The translations under genes and the position numbers were made by a program. 56,924 nucleotides of DNA from Prevotella sp. P5-108 (GTDB lineage: Bacteria; Bacillota; Clostridia; Lachnospirales; Lachnospiraceae): assembly GCA_963645005.1 (NCBI GenBank), contig CAVIRL010000001.1:1-56924 (forward strand), written 5' to 3'. Positions 1 to 9,005 of the stretch are shown here, one piece after another. Within the stretch, counting starts at the first letter, position 1, and each line of letters starts with the position of its first letter. The notes beneath the pieces were generated by a model. The model had not been told where the DNA came from, searched no databases, and saw only the letters and a program-made list of their open reading frames with translations.

Positions 1-104
1 GCAAAAATCCATTGAAAATTGCCTACGGCAATGGGATTTTTGCCTGCCAGCCCACGTTTTCTCACGGTCAGCGCAGCAAGTGCGCAGACCTGCTGAACAG
101 TTAC
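1..104 (+). repeat. MITE/REP-like dispersed element, right ~3/4 (left end cut by window edge)
   Basis: Contains hairpin GCAAAAATCCATTG..CAATGGGATTTTTGC and hairpin GGTCAGCGCA-GCAAG-TGCGCAGACC, ending in CTGAACAGTTAC. Matches copies at 1735, 28062, 29952 and 46019. Confidence 0.8.
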
Positions 105-147
105 TTTTCTTTCACTATTTATATTCAGAAATTCTGCGCAGATATGC

Positions 148-176
148 TTGCGTTTTTTCAATATATGCGTTACAAT
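148..176 (+). promoter_or_regulatory. sigma-A-like promoter of the LysR gene
   Basis: TTGCGT-17 nt-TACAAT. Confidence 0.5.
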
Positions 177-243
177 GGTTTTGTCAATAATTTTGAAGTA
201 TTTTAGTTATACTTCAAAGATTTCGATATCAAGAAAGTATTTC

Positions 244-1086
244 ATGGAAATTAGAAACCTGATTACATTTACAAAGGTAGCTGAGACACAAAGTCTTTCC
301 AAAGCTGCAAAGGTTCTGGGTTATGCCCAGTCTACTGTTACCATGCAGATGCAGCAGTTGGAACAGGAGCTTGGGGCGCAGCTTTACGAGCGCGTAGGCA
401 AGCAGATCCGCATCACACAAACCGGACAGGAGTTCTTAAGCTATGCAGCTGCCATTGTCCGCATGTCGGAAGAAGCCCTGACGGTTGGAAAACAGAACAC
501 TTCTGCTGTAAGCGGTTCCCTGCGTCTGGGTATATTAAGTCCGCTGTCCCAGGTCTTAAGCAGCCGCATTGCGCAGTACCTGCAACGCTATCCCCAGGTT
601 GATCTGGACGTGCAGATGATACAGGACTCGGAAGACCTGCTTTTTTTCCTACGGCACAATGAAATTGATCTCGCCATAACACTGGATGCGCTTTATACCG
701 ATACTGATCTGGTCCACGCTTCAGAAGACCAGCAGATTCCGGTTCACTATTATACAAATCAGCGGACGTACCACCGGTGCCTCCTCGATATGCAAAGCAG
801 CAAAATGCAGCCTCTGTCCAGCCAGGCAAAGCTGCACATTACGGATCCTAATCTGGCTCTTTCCATTGCGGCCTGTGATACTTCACAAAATGATATTTCC
901 GTCATTGTCCCGGCTCCGGATCTGATCGCGCAGAATCATCCGTGCCTTCAAAGCCTGGTCCGGCTGAACCAGGAATATGATGGTCCGGCACTCTGGCTGC
1001 AGACGCTTTATCACCGGAACAAATGGCTTACCGGAGCCATGAAGGCCTGGCTCGCAGACAGCAAAGATCCGGTCTTTTTCCTTTGA
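244..1086 (+). CDS. LysR-family transcriptional regulator
   Basis: MEIRNLITFTKVAETQSLSKAAKVLGYAQSTVTMQMQQLEQELGAQLYERVGKQIRITQTG is a typical LysR HTH. The substrate-binding domain is somewhat short and divergent. Start moved to ATG 244. Confidence 0.9.
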   Translation: MEIRNLITFTKVAETQSLSKAAKVLGYAQSTVTMQMQQLEQELGAQLYERVGKQIRITQTGQEFLSYAAAIVRMSEEALTVGKQNTSAVSGSLRLGILSPLSQVLSSRIAQYLQRYPQVDLDVQMIQDSEDLLFFLRHNEIDLAITLDALYTDTDLVHASEDQQIPVHYYTNQRTYHRCLLDMQSSKMQPLSSQAKLHITDPNLALSIAACDTSQNDISVIVPAPDLIAQNHPCLQSLVRLNQEYDGPALWLQTLYHRNKWLTGAMKAWLADSKDPVFFL

Positions 1087-1249
1087 CATCTTTTCCCTTA
1101 TTTGTTTTGGCATAGTGTGCGTGGCCGGTCACTTTCCCCGGCCACGTACCCATCACACTTTCATAATTAGCCCGCAAAAGCTGTTTGTATTTGCAGGTTG
1201 GATGTGGAATCACCTACCGCTTCAGTATCTAAAGAAATGCCAAAATTGC

Positions 1250-1278
1250 TTGACAGAACAGGGGTTGGGTGGTAAACT
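1250..1278 (+). promoter_or_regulatory. sigma-A promoter of the cold-shock gene
   Basis: TTGACA-17 nt-TAAACT with TG extended -10. Confidence 0.75.
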
Positions 1279-1410
1279 CACAGTGTATTTTGATATGAGC
1301 TTTTGATTCACATATTTTTGTAAGTCAAGAAGTACATTCCAGATTTACAAAAATATGTGATTTTTGTTTCATACGAAAATACAAATTTTATTTTTATAGG
1401 AGGTACCACA

Positions 1411-1617
1411 ATGAATAACGGTACAGTTAAATGGTTCAACGCAACTAAGGGTTATGGCTTCATCACCAACGATGAGACTGGTGAGGAAGTATTCGTACAC
1501 TTCTCCGGTATCGTAGCTGACGGCTACAAGACCTTAGAGGATGGCCAGAAAGTTACCTTCGATACCGCAGAGGGCAACCGTGGTCTGCAGGCTGTTAACG
1601 TTCATGTTGTAGCTTAA
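1411..1617 (+). CDS. cspA: Cold-shock protein (CspA family)
   Basis: [15 protein letters not shown] (RNP1) and VFVHFS (RNP2). AGGAGG RBS upstream of ATG 1411. Confidence 0.95.
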   Translation: MNNGTVKWFNATKGYGFITNDETGEEVFVHFSGIVADGYKTLEDGQKVTFDTAEGNRGLQAVNVHVVA

Positions 1618-1636
1618 TTTACCACCTGAAAAATAG

Positions 1637-1676
1637 AATACCCGGAGGTCCGCAAGGTCTTCCGGGTATTTTTTTA
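1637..1676 (+). terminator. Intrinsic terminator of csp
   Basis: AATACCCGGA...TCCGGGTATT stem followed by a T-run. Confidence 0.85.
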
Positions 1677-1689
1677 TGGCAGAAAATTG

Positions 1690-1717
1690 GTTCGGGTGTC
1701 AAAACACCCGAACTTTT
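1690..1717 (+). terminator. Perfect 10-bp hairpin (second terminator or palindromic repeat)
   Basis: GTTCGGGTGT-CAAA-ACACCCGAAC-TTTT. Confidence 0.5.
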
Positions 1718-1734
1718 GGTTTCATAAAATCCAC

Positions 1735-1783
1735 GTAACTGTTCAGTGCCTTCACAGTCACGGGCAAAAATCCCCATGGCAAT
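1735..1783 (+). repeat. MITE/REP-like element, left-end fragment
   Basis: GTAACTGTTCAGTGCCTTCACAGTCACGGGCAAAAATCC matches copies at 28062, 38575 and 46019. Confidence 0.8.
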
Positions 1784-1840
1784 TCTACATCTGGGAATCT
1801 GAATGCAGTATCCGAGAACTTCACAAAAATCCAGGCACAG

Positions 1841-1876
1841 AAAAAACCCGGGAATCCTTGCGAATCCCGGGGTTTT
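1841..1876 (-). terminator. Intrinsic terminator of rplJL
   Basis: AAAACCCGGGA...TCCCGGGGTTTT inverted repeat directly downstream of rplL, with a T-run on the minus strand. Confidence 0.8.
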
Positions 1877-1896
1877 GAGCTCTGATTGAGTTTTAA

Positions 1897-2271
1897 TTAC
1901 TTCAGGGTAACTTTTGCGCCCTCAGCCTCAAGTTTAGCCTTGATGTCCTCAGCCTCTTCCTTAGAAGCGCCCTCTTTCAGGACCTTCGGAGCACCATCAA
2001 CTACGTCCTTAGCCTCTTTCAGACCAAGACCGGTAGCTTCACGTACAACCTTGATAACCTTAACCTTGTTCGGGCCAACCTCGGTCAGCTCTACGTCGAA
2101 CTCAGTCTTCTCCTCAGCTGCCTCACCTGCGCCAGCTGCTGCTGCAACTACAACGCCTGCTGCTGCGGATACGCCGAACTCTTCCTCACAAGCCTTTACC
2201 AGCTCGTTCAGCTCTAATACGGATAACTCTTTGATAGCTTCGATAAACTCTGCAGTGGTTAACTTTGCCAT
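1897..2271 (-). CDS. rplL: 50S ribosomal protein L7/L12
   Basis: [23 protein letters not shown]...[30 protein letters not shown] before ATG 2271. Confidence 0.98.
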   Translation of the reverse strand: MAKLTTAEFIEAIKELSVLELNELVKACEEEFGVSAAAGVVVAAAAGAGEAAEEKTEFDVELTEVGPNKVKVIKVVREATGLGLKEAKDVVDGAPKVLKEGASKEEAEDIKAKLEAEGAKVTLK

Positions 2272-2382
2272 TTTAATTTCCTCCATTAAAATAATTATAA
2301 TTCTGAATCAATGATAGTTCGATGTAATATCGATCTGCTTATTCCTGATGGTTATGCGGCATACCGCAGGCCAGCCAGATAA

Positions 2383-2877
2383 TTAAGCCTCTGCGCCCTG
2401 CTTCTCAGCGATCTGATTAAGCACACGAGCGAAGTTGGTGATCGGAGACTGCATGCTTCCCAGCAATCTTCCCAGAAGTACTTCTCTGGACGGGATGGTT
2501 GCGATAACCTGCATACCCTTCTGATCATAGTAAGTTCCTTCAATAACACCAGCTTTAATCTCAAGCTTGTCTGCCTTCTTGGCAAACTCAGCCAGAATTC
2601 TTGCCGGAGCTGTAGCGTCGTCCTTAGATACAGCGATTGCGGTCGGTCCTTCTAAATCCGGATCCAGAGCTGCAAAATCGGTACCCTCAGCTGCACGCTT
2701 GATCATGGTGTTCTTATATACTTTGTAAGCAACACCAGCTTCTCTTAACTGCTTACGAAGCTCGGTATCCTGAGCAACAGTAAGACCACGATAGTCTACT
2801 ACTACTGCGGATGAAGCGCCGTTTAACAGCTCAGAGATTTCAGCTACGATAGGCTGTTTTAACTCAACTTTAGCCAT
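2383..2877 (-). CDS. rplJ: 50S ribosomal protein L10
   Basis: VVVDYRGLTVAQDTELRKQLREAG..KVYKNT motif and position between rplA and rplL. Confidence 0.98.
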   Translation of the reverse strand: MAKVELKQPIVAEISELLNGASSAVVVDYRGLTVAQDTELRKQLREAGVAYKVYKNTMIKRAAEGTDFAALDPDLEGPTAIAVSKDDATAPARILAEFAKKADKLEIKAGVIEGTYYDQKGMQVIATIPSREVLLGRLLGSMQSPITNFARVLNQIAEKQGAEA

Positions 2878-2917
2878 GAATGTCTTCCTCCTGTTTTATT
2901 ATATAACTGGAGACTGC

Positions 2918-3040
2918 AAGGAAAAGCCCCACTGTGCAAGACAGAGGGGCTCTACAAATTCGTCGTTAAATACAAATTGTACGTTCCTCGGTAGGCGGCT
3001 GTAACCTTACGCCTTACGGCACCTACTGTCTTCGGCAGTC
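2918..3040 (-). promoter_or_regulatory. L10 leader (autoregulatory cis-RNA) with attenuator hairpin
   Basis: Minus strand reads CCGAAGACAGTAGGTG...TAA...CCTACCGAGG, the L10-leader core, followed by the terminator-like AGAGCCCC...GGGGCTTTT. Confidence 0.85.
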
Positions 3041-3051
3041 AATACTTGTGT

Positions 3052-3080
3052 ATGATAACATACTATATTTGGATTGTCAA
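3052..3080 (-). promoter_or_regulatory. sigma-A promoter of rplJL
   Basis: TTGACA-17 nt-TATCAT. Confidence 0.75.
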
Positions 3081-3101
3081 TCAGTTTTTCACAAAATCTG
3101 A

Positions 3102-3797
3102 TTAAGCCATCAGCTTAACTACATTCAGCTTAACGCCCGGGCCCATGGTAGAGGTCAGGGTTGCGCTCTTGATGTAGGCACCCTTTAAGGTAGCCGGTTT
3201 TGCTTTGTTGATTGCGTCCATAAGCGTCTGGAAGTTGTCCGCTAACTGCTCCTCAGTGAAAGAAGCTTTACCCACTGGCACGTGGATAATGTTGGTTTTA
3301 TCAAGTCTGTACTCGATCTTACCAGCTTTGATATCGTTGATAGCTTTGGTCACATCCATGGTTACAGTACCAGCCTTCGGGTTCGGCATTAAGCCCTTCG
3401 GTCCAAGTACACGGCCCAGACGACCAACAACGCCCATCATATCCGGGGTAGCTACAACTACATCGAAATCTAACCAGCCCTCGTTCTGGATCTTCGGGAT
3501 CAGTTCCTCAGCGCCTACGAAATCTGCGCCTGCAGCCTGAGCCTCGTCAGCCTTTACGCCTTTAGCGAAAACAAGGATTCTGGTAACTTTACCAGTACCG
3601 TGCGGCAGAACAACTGCACCACGGATCTGCTGGTCAGCGTGACGTCCGTCACAACCGGTTCTGATATGAGCCTCAATGGTTTCATCAAATTTAGCTACAG
3701 CAGTCTTCTTAACAAGTGCGATAGCGTCTGCTGCATCATAAAGAGTAGCGCGGTCTACTGCTTTAGCCGCTTCTACGTATCTCTTTCCATGTTTCAT
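3102..3797 (-). CDS. rplA: 50S ribosomal protein L1
   Basis: [40 protein letters not shown]. Start at ATG 3797 after AGGAGG. Confidence 0.98.
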   Translation of the reverse strand: MKHGKRYVEAAKAVDRATLYDAADAIALVKKTAVAKFDETIEAHIRTGCDGRHADQQIRGAVVLPHGTGKVTRILVFAKGVKADEAQAAGADFVGAEELIPKIQNEGWLDFDVVVATPDMMGVVGRLGRVLGPKGLMPNPKAGTVTMDVTKAINDIKAGKIEYRLDKTNIIHVPVGKASFTEEQLADNFQTLMDAINKAKPATLKGAYIKSATLTSTMGPGVKLNVVKLMA

Positions 3798-3814
3798 AAT
3801 AAAATAACCTCCTA

Positions 3815-3842
3815 GTGGTATTGTCGGGGATGTCCCTCCCAC
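3815..3842 (-). promoter_or_regulatory. Putative L1-binding mRNA site before rplA
   Basis: GTGGGAGGGACATCCCCGACAATACCAC abuts the SD. A near-identical copy precedes rplK. Confidence 0.7.
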
Positions 3843-3877
3843 GTATTTAAAGTTTCATCTCAGTCCTGTTAAAAGGA

Positions 3878-4303
3878 TTACTCCTCAACAGTGATACCCA
3901 TGCTTCTTGCAGTACCTGCAATCATGCTCATAGCTGCTTCCAGACTTGCTGCGTTTAAGTCAGGCATCTTGGTCTCAGCGATCTTCTGAAGATCTGCCTT
4001 AGAGATGGTAGCAACTTTGGTCTTGTTCGGGGTTGCGGAACCGGATTTGATCTTGCAAGCTTTCTTTAACAGAACAGCTGCCGGCGGAGTCTTGGTAACG
4101 AAGCTGAAGCTTCTGTCTGCATATACGGTAATAACAACCGGAATGATCAGATCGCCCTGATCTGCAGTTCTTGCGTTGAACTCCTTGGTGAACTGTACGA
4201 TATTAACGCCGTGCTGACCCAGTGCCGGACCAACCGGCGGAGCCGGGGTAGCCTTGCCTGCCGGAATCTGTAATTTGATGTAACCAGTTACTTTCTTTGC
4301 CAT
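3878..4303 (-). CDS. rplK: 50S ribosomal protein L11
   Basis: [27 protein letters not shown]. Confidence 0.98.
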   Translation of the reverse strand: MAKKVTGYIKLQIPAGKATPAPPVGPALGQHGVNIVQFTKEFNARTADQGDLIIPVVITVYADRSFSFVTKTPPAAVLLKKACKIKSGSATPNKTKVATISKADLQKIAETKMPDLNAASLEAAMSMIAGTARSMGITVEE

Positions 4304-4323
4304 GATAATGACCTCCTAATAAT

Positions 4324-4351
4324 GTGGTATTGTCGGGGGTGTCCCTCCCAC
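4324..4351 (-). promoter_or_regulatory. Putative L1-binding mRNA site before rplK
   Basis: GTGGGAGGGACACCCCCGACAATACCAC, 27/28 identical to 3815-3842. Confidence 0.7.
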
Positions 4352-4380
4352 GAACCGACAGCGTCGATCCCTTTTCGTTG

Positions 4381-4896
4381 TTACATGTGTTTCACTTCTG
4401 TGAAATTGAGCTCAACCGGTGTTTCACGGCCGAACATTTCGACATTGATCGTAAGGGTGTGCTTACTCTCATTGATAGACTTAACGGCACCGATGGTGTC
4501 CTTCCATGCGCCGGCGGTTACCACAATGGTATCACCAACTGCATAATCCAGAGCTACTTCAGTCTTTCCGAATCCAAGACTCTCCATCTCCTCATCGCTT
4601 AACGGAACAGGCTTGGAGCCCGGTCCGACAAAGCCGGTTACGCCGCGGGTGTTGCGTACTACATACCAGGTATCATCGTTCATGATCATATGGATGAGTA
4701 CATAGCCCGGGAACATCTTCTTGTCCGCAAGCTTTTCCACGCCGTTTTTGAGTTCTGCGACTTCGAGCATCGGAACAGAAACTTCAAGGATCTGATCCTG
4801 AAGGTTACGATTCTCAATGGTTTTCTCAATGTCAACTTTTACTTTGTTCTCGTAGCCTGAATAGGTATGAACTACATACCACTTTGCTTCTGACAT
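4381..4896 (-). CDS. nusG: Transcription elongation factor NusG
   Basis: KWYVVHTYSGYENKV, FPGYVL, VRNTRGVTGFVG, MFGRETPVEL. Confidence 0.98.
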   Translation of the reverse strand: MSEAKWYVVHTYSGYENKVKVDIEKTIENRNLQDQILEVSVPMLEVAELKNGVEKLADKKMFPGYVLIHMIMNDDTWYVVRNTRGVTGFVGPGSKPVPLSDEEMESLGFGKTEVALDYAVGDTIVVTAGAWKDTIGAVKSINESKHTLTINVEMFGRETPVELNFTEVKHM

Positions 4897-4915
4897 CTTA
4901 TCACCCTCGCCTTAA

Positions 4916-5119
4916 TTAAATAATGAAGCTGAGGCCCCATTTGATAATGAAATCCAGGATTGCGATGATAATTCCCAGCGCAGCGGTAACCGCTACTACA
5001 GCAACAGTCTGCTTGCCAACGGTTTCCTGGTCAGGCCATACGATTTTGTTGAACTCAGCTTTTAAACCCTTGAAAAAGCTCTTCTTCGGAGCCTTCTCAG
5101 TGCCTGTAGTTTCTCCCAT
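4916..5119 (-). CDS. secE: Preprotein translocase subunit SecE
   Basis: FFKGLKAEFNKIVWP plus one TM helix, located between rpmG and nusG. Confidence 0.95.
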   Translation of the reverse strand: MGETTGTEKAPKKSFFKGLKAEFNKIVWPDQETVGKQTVAVVAVTAALGIIIAILDFIIKWGLSFII

Positions 5120-5131
5120 ATTTCACACTCC

Positions 5132-5281
5132 TTACTTGGTTTCTTTGTGTAAAGTATGAGTTTTGCAGAATCTACAGTATTTTTTGGTCTCCATGCGATC
5201 CGGATGTGTCTTTTTATCCTTCGTCATGTTGTAGTTCCGCTGTTTACATTCTGTACATGCCAGTGTAATCTTTGTGCGCAC
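5132..5281 (-). CDS. rpmG: 50S ribosomal protein L33 (Zn-ribbon type, 49 aa; below ORF-track cutoff)
   Basis: Hand translation from [60 protein letters not shown]. Confidence 0.97.
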   Translation of the reverse strand: MRTKITLACTECKQRNYNMTKDKKTHPDRMETKKYCRFCKTHTLHKETK

Positions 5282-5397
5282 GACTTCCACCTCCACTTGA
5301 TTTTTCGTTGTTTTTCAGCCTCTCTTTTGTGCCGGATCAGCCTGTTGGCTAATTTTGAGCATAAAAAAAAGACCTAAGCTCTTCCATTCGCCATACC

Positions 5398-5426
5398 ACT
5401 ATAGCATAACGACTTCCATGCGTCAA
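5398..5426 (-). promoter_or_regulatory. sigma-A promoter of rpmG-secE-nusG
   Basis: TTGACG-17 nt-TATAGT with TG extension. Confidence 0.7.
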
Positions 5427-5569
5427 TCTTTTTCTTTATTTTTTTACCTTCTTTTTTGCCGGAAATCCGCTTGTTTCCATGGTTTCTCCGGATTATTCTG
5501 TTTCCCGGGCTCCATTTCTGGTGCCAAGCTGGTTTTCCGGCAGATTCCGGATGAATTTCAGCAGGCCAT

Positions 5570-6400
5570 TCAGGAGCCGCCGATGCAGATAGAAACGAAG
5601 TAAACCCGCCTCACCCCGGCTGCTTTCAGGACACGGGTGCAGGCTTCTATGGTGCTTCCGGTGGTATAGATGTCATCTATAAGGATGACGGTTAGTGGAA
5701 GCTTCAGCGCTGTGTCTGCGGTCCGTAAAACTTTTCCGGGGTCTGCCGGCACGGATGGCGTGCCTGCGGCCCGTTCCGCCAGATTCCGGCTGCATGTTTT
5801 GTCCCGGACCGGCTCGCTCCGGTATTCCTCAGCCACCTCGAATGCATGCCGCAGGTTTCTCAGGCGCTCGTCCGGACTGAGTTCCTTCTGCGGTGCTGTC
5901 TTTTTCGTCCGAAGCAGCAATGTTTCATTTACTTTAAGTTCGGTCAGACGCCCAAGGCGTACCGCCAGCTCCCCGGCCTGATTAAACCCGCGGGAGCGCA
6001 GTCTTGCCGGATGAACCGGTACCGGCACCAGAACCGCATTGCTATAGCGCGTAAAAAAATATGCATATCTCCGCGCTATCGCTTCCGCGTAAAAGTCCAG
6101 ATATTCCCGGCGGTTTTTGTATTTAACCGCTGCCATGGATTTCTTGGCCACAGCGTCATAGCGGATCAGGGCCACCCCAGACTCAAAACTTCGCTGCCGC
6201 CGCAGACAGTCCGGACAATATTCTGCCCGGTCACTGATGAGCTCTGTCCCGCACTTTTTGCAGGACGGCTGGCGGATAAAATGAAGCTTTGACATACAGC
6301 CCGGGCAGATAAGGGCCCCCTCCGGCAGTACAATCTGCCCGCATACAGGGCAGCAGCGGGGGAACAAAAGGCTTACCAGGTGTTCCCTCAGCACACTCAA
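5570..6400 (-). CDS. comF: ComF family protein (double zinc ribbon + phosphoribosyltransferase)
   Basis: LFPRCCPVCG..CPGC..CKKCG..CPDC, VPVPVH..RGFNQA, LIDDIYTTGST. TTG start. Confidence 0.93.
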   Translation of the reverse strand: MSVLREHLVSLLFPRCCPVCGQIVLPEGALICPGCMSKLHFIRQPSCKKCGTELISDRAEYCPDCLRRQRSFESGVALIRYDAVAKKSMAAVKYKNRREYLDFYAEAIARRYAYFFTRYSNAVLVPVPVHPARLRSRGFNQAGELAVRLGRLTELKVNETLLLRTKKTAPQKELSPDERLRNLRHAFEVAEEYRSEPVRDKTCSRNLAERAAGTPSVPADPGKVLRTADTALKLPLTVILIDDIYTTGSTIEACTRVLKAAGVRRVYFVSICIGGS

Positions 6401-6450
6401 ACCTGATACCTCGCCCGATGGTACAAGTCCGTCATTTGTTGTTCGATTTT

Positions 6451-8871
6451 TTACAGTTCGGATTTCATAACCTCCTGGATCCGGACCTTCAGCCCGGTAT
6501 AGCGGCGCTGCTCCACCTCATTATCCACCATGGCCTGCAGCATCTCCGGGATTCCCACCAGGCATACGCAGGAACGGGCACGAGTGACCGCCGTGTAAAT
6601 TAAGTTTCTTGTCATCAGCATGCGTGGTCCGGAATAAACCGGAATGACAACTGCCGGATACTCGCTTCCCTGGGATTTGTGAATCGTGATGGCATAGGCC
6701 AGCTCCAATTCTTCCAGCTGCTTAAAGCTGTAGTCCACCATCTTTCCCTCATCAAATTCTACAGTCAGTTCTTCTGCGAAGGTGTTGATCTCCCGGATGA
6801 TGCCGATATCCCCGTTGAAGACTCCGGCACCGGAATCAATCGGGATGCCGTAGCGGTTGCGGGTTTCCCACTCAATCTGATAGTTATTCTTGATCTGCAT
6901 GACTTTATCTCCGACACGGTAGATGGTCCCGCCCACCTCTTTTTCCGGTTTGGACGGATCCTGGGGATTTAAGAAGCTCTGCAGAATCGTGTTCAGCCGT
7001 TCCACACCAAGAGCGCCCTTTCGCATGGGTGTCATGATCTGAATGTCGAACATATCCGCATGGACATAATTCGGCAGTTTCTCCCGCACCAGCGTCAGCA
7101 TGGCGCTGATAATGGCATCCGGCTGTTCCCTTCGGATAAACAGGAAATCCTTGCTGCGCTTGCCAAGCGGTATCCGCTCACCGTCATGGATCTTATGTGC
7201 ATTGACGATGATATCACTTTCTGCCGCCTGCCGGAAAATCCGTGTCAGCTGCACCACATGAAACGCTTTGGAAGCAATCATGTCGCACAGTACATTGCCC
7301 GGGCCAACACTCGGGAGCTGATTGATATCTCCCACCAGGATCAGCCGGGTTCCCGGATTCACTGCACGAAGGAGCGCATGCATCAGGTAAATGTCTACCA
7401 TGGACATCTCATCAATGATGATGGCATCCGCATCCAGAGGATTCTCCTCATTGCGTTCAAAATGCATGCCTGAGGTGTCTTTATCATCCGATGAAACACC
7501 GGTCAGTTCCAGAAGACGGTGAATGGTCCGGGCCTCGTAGCCCGTGGCCTCTGTCATGCGTTTGGCCGCACGGCCGGTAGGCGCCGCAAGAAGAATCTCC
7601 ATCTCTTCCTGTTCAAAATAGCGGATAATCGTGTTGATGGTAGTCGTCTTACCGGTACCAGGGCCTCCTGTGATAATGAGAAGACCGCTGTTGACCGCCT
7701 CAATGACCGCACGGATCTGCAGTTCATCCGGCTCAATCCGTTCTTCCTCACAGATCTTCTCCAGTTTTTTGCGAATCTCCCCCTCCGGCTCAGACCCCCG
7801 CAGATTTAAATCGTGGAGCATGCGGGCCGTGTTGAGTTCTGTATAATAGTACTGGGAAGCGTAAACATGGCGGGAGGCCGGGGCATTGCCCGCAGCCTCA
7901 GGTGCTCCATTCCCCATGTACTGCATCCACTCCGGGTCTGTCTCCATCCATTCCGGGTCCGCTTCCTGAACTGCCTGATCCGTCGCAGGCGCTGTTGGCT
8001 TCATCCCGGGCATTGCACCTTCCGAAATTCCAGACAGTCGGTCTGTTTCCGGTTCCGGCACTTTCTCCTCATTCACCTTCACCACAATCTTCTTTTCCAT
8101 CTGCAAATCCGTCAGATGTTTTTCCATCACGGACGGGTCTACATGCAGCAGTTCCGATGCCGCTGCCAGCAGTTCCTCCTGCGGCAGATAGGTGTGTCCA
8201 TTCGCCACGGACTGCAGTAGCGTATAGTAAATACCGCTGCGGATACGGAAATCAGAATCCGTGAAAATTCCAACCTTCCGGGCGATCTCATCCGCCATCT
8301 TAAATCCAACACCCTGAATATCGTCCGCCAGACGGTACGGATTCTCCTTGATGATGCTGTACATGCGGGAGCCGTACTCATTGTAAATCTTTAAAGCCAG
8401 GCTCATGGAGATGCCATATTCCTGCAGAAACATCATGGCCTGGCGCATCTCTTTCTTGGCCTCCATCTGCTCAGAAATAGCCTGGGCCAGCTTCTCACTG
8501 ATGCCCTTTACCTCTGCCAGACGCTCCGGCTCCTCCTCAATAATGCGGAAGGTATCTGCCTTGAACCGGCGCACAATGCGGGCTGCCAGCGCCGTACCCA
8601 CGCCGCGGATCGCTCCTGATCCAAGATAGCGCTCCATGGATGCTGTATCTTCCGGTGCTTTCAGTTCATAGGATTCAACCTGGATCTGATCACCGTAAAT
8701 GGGATGCTCCACATCCCGGCCGGATGCTTCAATAAAGTCGCCTTCACTGATATAAGGAAAAGTTCCCACCAGTACATAATCCAGTCCGTCCGAATTGACA
8801 TTTAAGATCGAGTATCCGTTTTCCTCGTTGCGATATTTGATTTTCTCTACATATCCGCTTACTGTAGCCAT
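6451..8871 (-). CDS. recD2: ATP-dependent RecD-like DNA helicase RecD2
   Basis: N-terminal HhH region (ENPYRL), GGPGTGKTT, APTGRAAKR, IIDEMSM, LAYAITIHKSQGSE, YTAVTRA. Confidence 0.95.
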   Translation of the reverse strand: MATVSGYVEKIKYRNEENGYSILNVNSDGLDYVLVGTFPYISEGDFIEASGRDVEHPIYGDQIQVESYELKAPEDTASMERYLGSGAIRGVGTALAARIVRRFKADTFRIIEEEPERLAEVKGISEKLAQAISEQMEAKKEMRQAMMFLQEYGISMSLALKIYNEYGSRMYSIIKENPYRLADDIQGVGFKMADEIARKVGIFTDSDFRIRSGIYYTLLQSVANGHTYLPQEELLAAASELLHVDPSVMEKHLTDLQMEKKIVVKVNEEKVPEPETDRLSGISEGAMPGMKPTAPATDQAVQEADPEWMETDPEWMQYMGNGAPEAAGNAPASRHVYASQYYYTELNTARMLHDLNLRGSEPEGEIRKKLEKICEEERIEPDELQIRAVIEAVNSGLLIITGGPGTGKTTTINTIIRYFEQEEMEILLAAPTGRAAKRMTEATGYEARTIHRLLELTGVSSDDKDTSGMHFERNEENPLDADAIIIDEMSMVDIYLMHALLRAVNPGTRLILVGDINQLPSVGPGNVLCDMIASKAFHVVQLTRIFRQAAESDIIVNAHKIHDGERIPLGKRSKDFLFIRREQPDAIISAMLTLVREKLPNYVHADMFDIQIMTPMRKGALGVERLNTILQSFLNPQDPSKPEKEVGGTIYRVGDKVMQIKNNYQIEWETRNRYGIPIDSGAGVFNGDIGIIREINTFAEELTVEFDEGKMVDYSFKQLEELELAYAITIHKSQGSEYPAVVIPVYSGPRMLMTRNLIYTAVTRARSCVCLVGIPEMLQAMVDNEVEQRRYTGLKVRIQEVMKSEL

Positions 8872-8940
8872 ATTTTATATCTCCTGTGAAATAGAATGTG
8901 CCCTGGCATATTCCCGCGCCGGGACTCACCCTGCAAAACG

Positions 8941-8983
8941 AAAAGAAAGGTCCCGCGTCCGCGATGGACACGAGCCCCTTTCC
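8941..8983 (-). terminator. Intrinsic terminator after mreB
   Basis: Minus strand GAAAGGGGCTCGTGTCC-ATCGC-GGACGCGGGACCTTTC-TTTT. Confidence 0.6.
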
Positions 8984-9005
8984 ATTTACCCGTCAATCTT
9001 CCGTC

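Noticed and set aside
1617..1897. Absence of rpoBC after rplL as a novelty
   Set aside because: Separation of rplJL from rpoBC is not unusual among Clostridia, and nothing here marks a recent rearrangement beyond a repeat fragment.
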